Assembly (NCBI GenBank): GCA_977020255.1
Contig: CDROCS010002834.1
Coordinates: 62,001 to 126,000 of the forward strand
Direction: 5' to 3'
Source: Obrimoposthia wandeli
Lineage: Eukaryota
Length of the DNA stretch: 64,000 bases
Shown here: piece by piece, positions 47,158 to 55,469 of the stretch
Layout: the number at the start of each line of letters is the position of its first letter
Position numbering within the stretch: position 1 is the first letter of the stretch
Translations under genes and position numbers: made by a program
Notes under the pieces: model-generated
Databases searched by the model: none
What the model saw: only the letters and a program-made list of their open reading frames with translations
What the model was told of the DNA's origin: nothing

Positions 47158-47577
47158 ATGCCACACGCCCAGACAGAGACAACTTCATCACAACCCCACC
47201 ACGCGATCTCATGTAATCACTGTGACTACCATGTCACGAACATACAGCCTCAATTTTATGTTATTGACCCAAATGGTAAGCGAATTAACACAGATTCTAT
47301 TAGCCAAAGCATTACAGCACTATATGGTATTAATTCGTTGGTGGTTGAAGGAGCAATGACGGGAAAAAATGAAGATGATAATGCCAAAGCATTACATCAA
47401 ATAGTGCAAGCTCTCAGTGGAAAACTCTATCGCCATAACTGCCAACAATGTGCGAACCAATTTTCGATCAATCCTCAAAAAGATAAGCATGCTTGTCCAC
47501 ATTGCTGGTCTCAGAGTATTGTGCAAATGAGCGGTGGCGAACAATGCCCTAAGTGCCAACAAGGTAAATTAAATTAG
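47158..47577 (+). CDS. Hypothetical protein with four CxxC motifs (139 aa)
   Basis: CNHC, CQQC, CPHC, CPKC; GAGAG RBS before ATG 47158. Confidence 0.75.
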   Translation: MPHAQTETTSSQPHHAISCNHCDYHVTNIQPQFYVIDPNGKRINTDSISQSITALYGINSLVVEGAMTGKNEDDNAKALHQIVQALSGKLYRHNCQQCANQFSINPQKDKHACPHCWSQSIVQMSGGEQCPKCQQGKLN

Positions 47578-47721
47578 GCCATTGAACACATAAACACATA
47601 CTAAGGCGTAGCCAAAATTCAGCATTTTGGTTACCCAATTCCCTTTCCTTCATTACATCCCTTTCCCCGCCTTCAACAGCAGTGTATAACAACTAACGAA
47701 GCAGGCTATACGAGATAGAGA

Positions 47722-48681
47722 ATGGAAAGTAAAAGCAAAGATATTAACTGGCGAGGCGTCGATCTCAATCTACTTGTCGCGTTTTCTGCACTGATGGAAA
47801 CACGTAGCGTGACAAAAGCAGCCGCCAAGTTATCGATTGGTCAATCAGCAATGAGTCACAATTTATCTCGGCTTCGTTTATTGCTGAACGACCCACTGTT
47901 TGAGCGCCAAGGGCATCAAATGATAGCGACTCAACGCGCTATAGAACTGTCATCAACCATTGAGAATATTCTCAACTTGGTAATGACACAGGTTTTGCGA
48001 CCAGATGATTTTGACTCTCAACATTATCAAGGAACGTTTCGTATCGGCTTAACCGACTACGCTGAATTATTGTTTGCCCCTGCACTGTTTGATGCCATTT
48101 CACGACTGGCACCTAAATGCCAACTCAGTTTTTGCAATGTCGATCGGCATAACTACACCAATAGCTTTAACGATAAAAATCTCGATGTAGTGATTGGATC
48201 CATGACTGATTTACCCAAAGAGCTTGAAAGCCAATACTTATACACCGAAGATCATGTGTGCTTATTCGATCAGTCGGCTACTGGCTTAACCGTTCCTGTC
48301 AGCTTGGCACGCTACATCATTACACCACAAGCATTGGTATCTCCCGATGGAAAACTCGCAAGCCCTATTGATAACCAATTACAAGAACAAGGCTTTAAGC
48401 GTCATATCGCATTAGGATCGAGTAATTTTTTGACGATTAGGCACCTGTTAAAAGATCGTAATCTACTGTGTGTGGTATCTCGATTAATGGCCAAAATTGA
48501 TATTTTTAATGACAAGCTAACCCAATGCAAACCCCCTGTTGATATTCCTGATTTTCATATCAACATGCTGTGGTTACGTCGAAATAGCACCCACCAAAGA
48601 ATGGAATGGTTACGCCAGATTGTGAGTGAAACCGTGACTGAACGCGTCGCGTCCCTGCGAGGAAAAAGTGAAGCAAGATGA
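47722..48681 (+). CDS. LysR-family regulator (LeuO/NodD/MexT-like branch)
   Basis: VDLNLLVAFSALMETRSVTKAA..QSAMSHNLSRLR HTH followed by a PBP2-type domain. Confidence 0.92.
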   Translation: MESKSKDINWRGVDLNLLVAFSALMETRSVTKAAAKLSIGQSAMSHNLSRLRLLLNDPLFERQGHQMIATQRAIELSSTIENILNLVMTQVLRPDDFDSQHYQGTFRIGLTDYAELLFAPALFDAISRLAPKCQLSFCNVDRHNYTNSFNDKNLDVVIGSMTDLPKELESQYLYTEDHVCLFDQSATGLTVPVSLARYIITPQALVSPDGKLASPIDNQLQEQGFKRHIALGSSNFLTIRHLLKDRNLLCVVSRLMAKIDIFNDKLTQCKPPVDIPDFHINMLWLRRNSTHQRMEWLRQIVSETVTERVASLRGKSEAR

Positions 48682-48832
48682 CGCGGTGAGGTAAATACAA
48701 TATAGATTGGGCAACTTGGTACAAGCTTAGTATTGAATGAATTTAACAGTCAGAGAGGCGATATCAACAGTGCCTCTCTTCTGCTTGTATGCACTTAAGA
48801 AACAACATGTGCTTAAGCAGGCATACTAATTA

Positions 48833-49027
48833 CTATTTAACACTCGGTTCTTGGATTTGATAAAGCTTATGTGTGTCGCACGGCTCATCACAATCACATT
48901 CTTTATCCACTCCAACGTTTGCTAAACCACCACAGCTTCCACTGATCGTTTTCTTTTTCACAACCCAGCCAATAGCCATCGCAGCAATCACTAACAAGAA
49001 AACAGCCATCGTTAATATAAATGTCAT
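48833..49027 (-). CDS. NqrM (DUF539)-like small membrane protein
   Basis: 64 aa, TM helix, SGSCGGL and KECDCDEPC (C32, C44, C46, C50); AGGAGG RBS; ATGA overlap with the upstream gene. Confidence 0.8.
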   Translation of the reverse strand: MTFILTMAVFLLVIAAMAIGWVVKKKTISGSCGGLANVGVDKECDCDEPCDTHKLYQIQEPSVK

Positions 49028-49500
49028 AACGTAAATCCTCCTATCTTAGTTAGACCTTGGATTGTTGATTTTCTATTCATCGTAGTGCCAATTTTTATCG
49101 GTACGGGTTTCTTCTTGCCAGCACATCCGCAGCCACAATCGCCTTTATCTCGCTTGCATGGGCGACCTTGTTCAGCTGTTGTCAGGGCTTCTTTTTCTAC
49201 TTTCCCCGTCATAACAGCATCAATAGAACTACGCTGAGGCACTTTTGTAACACTGAAGCCCGCATTCAGTAAACGCCCTAAAGAGCGTTGCCCAACATTG
49301 CCTAGCACAATTTCTTTAACGCCTAATTCACTCAGTTGACGTTGAATAACTTTCTTATGCTTACAACCTAACTCTTTACTGCCTGTATTTTCAATGCGCT
49401 CTATGAATTGTCCTTGCGAGTCATAAACCATAAAGGCAGCGGCTTTACCAAAGTGCCCTGCAACTTGAGAGCGAAGAGTGATTGCTATTGCGATACACAT
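49024..49500 (-). CDS. NifB/NifX (dinitrogenase FeMo-cofactor family) domain protein
   Basis: MCIAIA..VAGHFGKAAAFMVYD, VLGNVGQR, Cys-rich tail CKRDKGDCGCGC; start 1 nt after the DUF134 stop. Confidence 0.75.
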   Translation of the reverse strand: MCIAIAITLRSQVAGHFGKAAAFMVYDSQGQFIERIENTGSKELGCKHKKVIQRQLSELGVKEIVLGNVGQRSLGRLLNAGFSVTKVPQRSSIDAVMTGKVEKEALTTAEQGRPCKRDKGDCGCGCAGKKKPVPIKIGTTMNRKSTIQGLTKIGGFTL

Positions 49501-49501
49501 A

Positions 49502-49879
49502 TCAGTGTTCCTCTGTTTCAGTCTCAACGATTGCTACGTTTTTAGGCTGAATAATAGATGATGACAAAACCATTTTTGCCTGACGTTGTGTGTGAGGTAA
49601 ATGCGTACTTTGCAAATCGAGCGCTTGCCCCGTCACTAAAGCTTGCGCCACTTTTTGACGAGCACGAGACACAATACTACCCAACGTCTGACGAGATACG
49701 CCTAACTCGTGAGCTGCCGCCAATTGCTGCATACCATTCATATCAACCAAACGTAGCGCCTCCAATTCATCATCGGCCAGTACGATTGAGGTCAATTCAG
49801 TCATTGGAATGCCATTAGGCTTAAAACATGAATATGCTGGGCGGCAATTAATCTTTCGCTGGATCTTTGGTCTACCCAT
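49502..49879 (-). CDS. DUF134 (UPF0251) HTH protein
   Basis: MGRPKIQRKI..FKPNGIP..DELEALRLVD..Q.AAA.ELGVSRQT..RARQKVAQAL. Confidence 0.85.
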   Translation of the reverse strand: MGRPKIQRKINCRPAYSCFKPNGIPMTELTSIVLADDELEALRLVDMNGMQQLAAAHELGVSRQTLGSIVSRARQKVAQALVTGQALDLQSTHLPHTQRQAKMVLSSSIIQPKNVAIVETETEEH

Positions 49880-50289
49880 AAATCCCTCACTTTGGTTTAT
49901 AAATATATTAACGCACATTATTGGCGTATGCCGAAAACCATGTATTGATCCAACACAGCTAAATACTAAAAATAATCAACGATTATTGAAAAATCGGGTT
50001 TCAGAAGAAAATGCTATTAATCATGGTTTGGGGGCTGTTGAATCGACTAATAAAGAAACATGCAGAAGAAGTAATACGAATTAAGTTAACGTAATAATAT
50101 GCAGTAAAAAACGCATAAAACCATACAATACAACCAGTAAACAGTACTTCAGCACTCGATTACAGAGTATTTAAATTCAATTCAGCCAAGAATATTTAAC
50201 AACAACAAATAGCACATTATGCTGGAAGCAAATATTAGCCACTAAAATTAGACTGTTCAGTTTAATTTAACATTATTATTATGCTGATA

Positions 50290-50324
50290 GAGTCACATCT
50301 TTGTAATGCAAATAGTTTTATAAT
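50290..50324 (+). promoter_or_regulatory. Putative Pho box plus -10 for ytfK
   Basis: GAGTCACATCTTTGTAAT (GTCA-N7-GTAA) followed after 11 bp by a perfect TATAAT. Confidence 0.45.
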
Positions 50325-50362
50325 ACGCACCGTTGAAAAACGAATTCAAGGTTGAATTTTAT

Positions 50363-50566
50363 ATGCGCATGTTCAAACGCTACCTGCCTAAGCTTATCGC
50401 TAAGCATGTAAGCCGTTTATTTAGTGGAAGAATATATATTGATGGCCGAGGAGGCTATCAGTTCGACAAAGGAATGTTACTTGTGCCAGTAAAAGCCCAA
50501 GAGCGACATTATAAAACCGTTAACGAGGTTAATTTCGAAATTAAACGCTTAAAAGAAGTCTATTAA
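50363..50566 (+). CDS. ytfK: DUF1107 (YtfK) family protein, 67 aa
   Basis: MRMFKRYLPKLIAKHVSRLFSGRIYIDGRGGYQFDKG. Confidence 0.8.
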   Translation: MRMFKRYLPKLIAKHVSRLFSGRIYIDGRGGYQFDKGMLLVPVKAQERHYKTVNEVNFEIKRLKEVY

Positions 50567-50590
50567 CGACGCGGTTCATTATCTTATTCT

Positions 50591-50642
50591 AAAAAGCCCA
50601 CCGAGTACTTATCAGTAATAAAGTACTTCGGTGGGCTTTTTT
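50591..50642. terminator. Long-stem bidirectional terminator ytfK/gcvH
   Basis: AAAAAGCCCACCGAGTACTT...AAGTACTTCGGTGGGCTTTTTT. Confidence 0.8.
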
Positions 50643-50681
50643 ACTTTTTAGCGCAAGAGCATGATTACTCTTATCTACGCA

Positions 50682-51074
50682 CTATTCAGTCTCATCGATG
50701 AGGCTTTGATAACCTTCAGGATCAAGCAAATCATCAAATTCGCCGTCATCTTCCGCTTTAATTTGAAATAACCAACCATCACCATATGGATCACTGTTTA
50801 CCAGTTCTGGGGAATCACTCAATTCTTCATTCACAGCAACCACTATCCCTGTAAGCGGAGCATAAATATCAGATGCCGCTTTCACCGATTCGGCAACCGC
50901 GCAGTCTTCCCCCACTTCAGTATCAGAATCAACGTCTGGTACATCAATAAAGACCATATCACCTAACAATGCCTGCGCATGGTCAGTAATACCGACAGTA
51001 TAAATACCGTCACCTTCAGAACGTACCCATTCATGGGTGTTAGAGAATCTCAATTCAGAGGGAACATAACTCAT
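50682..51074 (-). CDS. gcvH: Glycine cleavage system H protein
   Basis: [25 protein letters not shown] (lipoyl Lys), NSDPYGDGW. Confidence 0.96.
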   Translation of the reverse strand: MSYVPSELRFSNTHEWVRSEGDGIYTVGITDHAQALLGDMVFIDVPDVDSDTEVGEDCAVAESVKAASDIYAPLTGIVVAVNEELSDSPELVNSDPYGDGWLFQIKAEDDGEFDDLLDPEGYQSLIDETE

Positions 51075-51285
51075 GGTGTAACTTCCTTATGAAATGACTG
51101 CTTTACTCGTGTAAGGTTCGATTGAAGCAGATGATGAAAACACATAAAACAATGCCAAATCAGATAACTTGCATGAAATACAAGCTACCATTTTAGCGCT
51201 GGCGCACATGACATTGATTTCTTGTATTTACTGTAGGAGAAAAAAACAATTTTGTGATCACTTTATGTTTTAAATTATCAAAAAC

Positions 51286-51319
51286 AAAAAAAGACCACCT
51301 CTATTGAGGTAGTCTTTTT
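51286..51319 (-). terminator. Terminator after ubiI
   Basis: AGACTACCTC-AATA-GAGGTGGTCT-TTTTTT on the minus strand. Confidence 0.7.
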
Positions 51320-51358
51320 ATAATCACATTAGGTATGTATTACGAAGAACAGTAATAC

Positions 51359-52567
51359 TTAGCGTTTAGCAAGATCCGGTAATTCACCCGATAAGCCTAA
51401 AGCACGACGCATAAATTCATCTTTCACACCCGGCGCTTTATCGGCAAATAACATGCCTAAGTCACGCACTAATTTCTTAGCCGGATGACTGCCGTCGAAT
51501 AAATCACGGAAGCCCTGCATTGTGGTGATCATCTTCGCAGCTTCTGCTTTACGCCAACGTTCATAATGGCGAAGGTTGCTCTTCTGACCAATATCTTGTT
51601 CTTTCTGCCATAACGCTTTTAGTTCTTGCGCTAAACTCGCGGCATCTAACAAACCCAAGTTGACTCCCTGACCCGCTAAGGGATGAATCGTATGAGCAGC
51701 ATCGCCGACTAATGCGACACGTTCACGTACAAAATCACGGGCATATCGCATCTTCAATGGGAATGCTTGACGCTGCCCTTCAACCTTGCACAAGCCTAAA
51801 CGGTTATCGAAGGCTGCTGTCAGTGATTTATTAAATTCGCTATCAGACAACCCACACAGTTGTTCTGCTTCTTCTGGTGCTACCGACCATACAATAGAAC
51901 ACAAATCGCTTTCAGCCAGCGGTAAGAAAGCTAACGGCCCTTGTGGACGAAAAACCTGGCGGGCTGTTTTATCATGAGCCTCAGCACAGCGAATATTGGC
52001 GACAATGGCACTGTGTCCATAGTCCCAATGCGTTAGTGGGATATCTAATTGACGACGTACCCATGAGTTAGCACCATCGGCCCCCACCACTAACTTTGCC
52101 GTTAAACTCTTGCCCGACGCCATCGTTAACCATGCTTCGCTTTCACCAAAGGCAATATTTTGGCATCGCTCTGGCGCCATTAAGGTCACATTACTCAACT
52201 GCTTGATGCGATCAAGCAACGCAAGCTGAATAACACGGTTTTCAACGATATGACCTAAATCGGGTTGTGACAACCTTTCTGCATCAAATTGAATCTTGGC
52301 AAAGCTATCTTGCTCCCATACTTCCATTCGGTTGTACGGGCTGAATCGACGAGACTCAATGCCTTGCCAAGCTCCTACTCGTCGTAAAATACGTTCACTC
52401 GCACGGCTTAACGCAGACACACGTACATCCGGCAGTGAAGCCAATTCAGGATCAGGTAATTGTCCCTCAATAACAGCAACACGCAATTCCGTTTCAGCTA
52501 ATGCAGCTGCCAGAGTTAAACCCACCATACCACCACCAATAATGGCAACATCAACACTCTGCATCAT
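51359..52567 (-). CDS. ubiI: 2-octaprenylphenol hydroxylase UbiI (VisC)
   Basis: GGGMVG, DGANSWVR, GDAAHTIHPLAGQGVNLG; follows ubiH. Confidence 0.9.
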   Translation of the reverse strand: MMQSVDVAIIGGGMVGLTLAAALAETELRVAVIEGQLPDPELASLPDVRVSALSRASERILRRVGAWQGIESRRFSPYNRMEVWEQDSFAKIQFDAERLSQPDLGHIVENRVIQLALLDRIKQLSNVTLMAPERCQNIAFGESEAWLTMASGKSLTAKLVVGADGANSWVRRQLDIPLTHWDYGHSAIVANIRCAEAHDKTARQVFRPQGPLAFLPLAESDLCSIVWSVAPEEAEQLCGLSDSEFNKSLTAAFDNRLGLCKVEGQRQAFPLKMRYARDFVRERVALVGDAAHTIHPLAGQGVNLGLLDAASLAQELKALWQKEQDIGQKSNLRHYERWRKAEAAKMITTMQGFRDLFDGSHPAKKLVRDLGMLFADKAPGVKDEFMRRALGLSGELPDLAKR

Positions 52568-53772
52568 CGCTCTACCTGCCCCATTGCACGCCTTAACAGC
52601 GGTGCTTTTAACGTATCAAAAATATTCATAGCCATAAGCCCCGTGTTTCGACCAGCAACAAGAGGAAAACTATCATTCGCAAATACACTCACTAACCCTG
52701 CCGTCATCATCACGGTTGCTTGACGATCAGGTAGTCGACGTTGTCGATAACGGCTCAATACCGCCGCCTCACCAACATCTTCGTCTTGTTCAAAGCTATT
52801 AACCACTTCTTCGGCTAATGTCATGACATCACGCAAGCCTAAATTAAAGCCTTGCCCCGCAATCGGATGTAATGTCTGTGCGGCATTACCCACCACAGCC
52901 ACACGGTGTGACGTTAACGCTTCAGACTGGCGAAGTAGTAACGGGTATGCAACACGCTTACCTGTTTTCACTAATTCACCCAAACGCCAACCAAACGTGC
53001 TTTGTAATTCAGCTAAAAAGCGATCGTCATCCCAGCTCATCACCGTTGATTGGTACTCAGGTTTAATGCACCACACTAAGGAGCTTCGTCCTTCCGACAT
53101 TGGCAATAATGCCACGGGCCCATACGGCGTAAAACGTTCAAAAGCCCGACCTTGGTGAGCTTGTGCTGTGGTAATGTTGGCAATAATGGCGACTTGTTCA
53201 AAGTCATGCTCATGCCGCCCGATCCCTAAAAGATCACAGCAACTCGAGAGTGCGCCATCAGCCGTCACTAACAATTGCGTTTGGATGTGTTCGCCAGAAC
53301 CCAGACAAAGTGTCACATTTTGCTGAGTACGAGAAATATCAATGATCGAATCAGGACAATATAGCTCTACGTTATCTAACTCATTTAACTGCTGGTGAAA
53401 TAATCTTCCAGCATCGGCTAATTCAATGACATAACCGAGTGCATCAACAGCTTGCTCTTTTGCATCGAGTCGAACAATACCAGCATGACCACGATCAGAA
53501 ACATGAATGTGAGCGATAGGCGTAGCAATCGGTGATAGCGTAGACCAAATGCCAATTTTACTCAGTAAACGGCTCGAGCCGAATGACACCGCAATACTGC
53601 GGGCATCATATCCTGGGTGTTGGTCTACATTCGGTGCAACAGCTTCAACCACAGCAACACGTAATTGACGTTTACCGCCTCGTTCGCTACTAAGCTTTTT
53701 CAGTGCAATAGCAAGTGTCGCCCCCGCCATTGCCCCACCAGCAATCACTACATCATACTGCTTCACATTCAC
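52564..53772 (-). CDS. ubiH: 2-octaprenyl-6-methoxyphenol hydroxylase UbiH
   Basis: GGAMAG, YDARSIA, GNAAQTLHPIAGQGFNLG; GTG start with AAAGGGA RBS. Confidence 0.92.
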   Translation of the reverse strand: MNVKQYDVVIAGGAMAGATLAIALKKLSSERGGKRQLRVAVVEAVAPNVDQHPGYDARSIAVSFGSSRLLSKIGIWSTLSPIATPIAHIHVSDRGHAGIVRLDAKEQAVDALGYVIELADAGRLFHQQLNELDNVELYCPDSIIDISRTQQNVTLCLGSGEHIQTQLLVTADGALSSCCDLLGIGRHEHDFEQVAIIANITTAQAHQGRAFERFTPYGPVALLPMSEGRSSLVWCIKPEYQSTVMSWDDDRFLAELQSTFGWRLGELVKTGKRVAYPLLLRQSEALTSHRVAVVGNAAQTLHPIAGQGFNLGLRDVMTLAEEVVNSFEQDEDVGEAAVLSRYRQRRLPDRQATVMMTAGLVSVFANDSFPLVAGRNTGLMAMNIFDTLKAPLLRRAMGQVER

Positions 53773-53778
53773 TCCCTT

Positions 53779-53880
53779 TATACCAATCTAGACAAGTATC
53801 TGCTCATTCTTGCTGCTCTGCGTCCACTAGTTACTTCAATTGGCAATTATCTGACCATTTACTTATCCAGAATGGCATTA
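53779..53880. mobile_element. MITE/ERIC-like inverted-repeat element (102 bp)
   Basis: Ends TATACCAATCTAGACAAGTA ... TACTTATCCAGAATGGCATTA form imperfect inverted repeats; homologous to 58567-58617. Confidence 0.6.
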
Positions 53881-53935
53881 TTCACGCTATGCTCTTCGCT
53901 ATTGAGCAATATTCGCTATTTATGAACTTTAACGT

Positions 53936-54604
53936 TTAATGCACCGTCGGTTTATCATCTTCATCTTTTTGAGCGATATCTTCAGGTGTACCAGCAACCG
54001 TTGGCAGTTCAACAGAGCTTGGGCGTTCACCTAATTCAACTAAGCATGTCAAAACACACATAGGTACATGTTCAAGCACTTGCTCAAAGAATTCGGCTTG
54101 CTCTGCTAAATCTTCATCTTCATCAATGCCCAGCAAAGCAATTTCTTGTAACTCTGCCAGTACTTCATTTACTTCAGCTGAGAACTGCGTTTTATCTAAT
54201 CCCATTAAACCTAAACCAGAAATAAAGCTGCTAACCCATTCTGTTAGGGCTTCAGCACGATCAACCAGATCAGAATTCTCATCAGGGATCAATAAAGTAA
54301 AGTTGAAAACGCTGTTTGTTAACTCAGACGCCGTAGAGGTAAATACCGTGTGTGCCATACCACTAAGTTCAACGGTCGCAGCATTAAATACAGTGCGTAC
54401 AACGCCTTTAGCGCCATCAAGTAAAGGCTTACCTTCATTGGCATAATCAGCAACAGGACCTAACCAGTTATCGTCTTCTACGTTTAGACCGCCAGAAATC
54501 ATTCCCGTCAGCAAACCATGAAGTTCTGATGGTGACACAGAAAAACCGTGTGTTTTTAATTCACTTTCAATCGCTTCAAAGGTGGGTAACTTCTCTTCGT
54601 TCAT
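53936..54604 (-). CDS. ygfB: UPF0149 (YgfB/YecA) family protein (start uncertain)
   Basis: SELHGLLTG, RAEALTEWVSSFISGLG, EQVLEHV; divergent from zapA. Confidence 0.85.
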   Translation of the reverse strand: MNEEKLPTFEAIESELKTHGFSVSPSELHGLLTGMISGGLNVEDDNWLGPVADYANEGKPLLDGAKGVVRTVFNAATVELSGMAHTVFTSTASELTNSVFNFTLLIPDENSDLVDRAEALTEWVSSFISGLGLMGLDKTQFSAEVNEVLAELQEIALLGIDEDEDLAEQAEFFEQVLEHVPMCVLTCLVELGERPSSVELPTVAGTPEDIAQKDEDDKPTVH

Positions 54605-54880
54605 GCGGCTTTTTACCTTATGTTCATTGACGTCATCTATAATATGGTATGCTACCACTTAGCCTTAAAACAGGCTAATACCCTTTATGTAAACCGTCGA
54701 CCCTGCTTGTTGTTGCATTAGTTTGCAGCAGACTGGTTAATATCTGAATAGTTGACCAATATTCATCATAAAGCGTGATTAACAAGCTTGCATGTTGAAA
54801 GGGCTTTTTCTATATTGACCACCTATCGCAAGCAAAGTGTTTACGTTACAACATTTTGGCACGGAGCAGATTAGAATTTT

Positions 54881-55183
54881 ATGAGTACTCAGGCAGTTGA
54901 AATTGAAGTTTTGGGCCGAACCTTAAAGGTTAACTGTCCAGCGGGTCAGGAAGATGCATTGCGTGAAGCAGCAGCAGATTTTGACCAACGTCTAAAAGAT
55001 ATGTCTGAGCGCACTAAAGTGACAAATCCCGAGCAACTTTTAATGTTTGCTGGGTTAAATGTGTGCAATGAGATGCATTTAGAAAGAAAAGAACATAAAG
55101 GCAATGCTTCTAATTTTTCAAATAGAATCAACCTATTAACAGAAACTTTAGATAAAGCTTTGCAAAATCAACCAAAGCGTTGA
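54881..55183 (+). CDS. zapA: Cell division protein ZapA
   Basis: VEIEVLGRTLKVNCPAGQE..L..AA, upstream of 6S RNA. Confidence 0.93.
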   Translation: MSTQAVEIEVLGRTLKVNCPAGQEDALREAAADFDQRLKDMSERTKVTNPEQLLMFAGLNVCNEMHLERKEHKGNASNFSNRINLLTETLDKALQNQPKR

Positions 55184-55189
55184 TAATAA

Positions 55190-55372
55190 ATTGACCCTAG
55201 GGTGTACGTCAGTGTGTCAACGTCCCCGAGCCGATAAGCAAATAACCCGGATCAGCTTTTATTAGCTATTGTGCAAGCTCAGCTCGACTGAGAAGCCTGC
55301 GGCTAATGTTGCTGAACCACCTTGAACATCTGGTTCAAGGGCCTAGATGCGCAACGGCACCTTGGGGCATAC
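55190..55372 (+). ncRNA. ssrS: 6S RNA (ends approximate)
   Basis: Blocks shared with E. coli 6S (GTCCCCGAGCCGATA, GAGAAGCC, CACCTTGAAC..GGTTCAAGGG); terminal stem; zapA-ssrS-ygfA synteny. Confidence 0.93.
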
Positions 55373-55382
55373 CGCCTTCAGT

Positions 55383-55440
55383 TACGAGAATCGAGATATC
55401 AAGATTCTAGAAACTCACCCACTAGATACTCGCTTCTACA
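55383..55440. repeat. Degenerate heptamer array / imperfect inverted repeat, same family as 26282-26344
   Basis: TACGAGA ATCGAGA TATCAAGA TTCTAGA AACTCAC CCACTAGA TACTCGC TTCTACA. Confidence 0.6.
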
Positions 55441-55469
55441 ACCGAACAACCTCAGTCATTGGATGACCC

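Noticed and set aside
51075-51285. gcvT remnant or glycine riboswitch upstream of gcvH
   Set aside because: Only a trivial KAV match to the GcvT end, and no glycine aptamer motifs recognisable.
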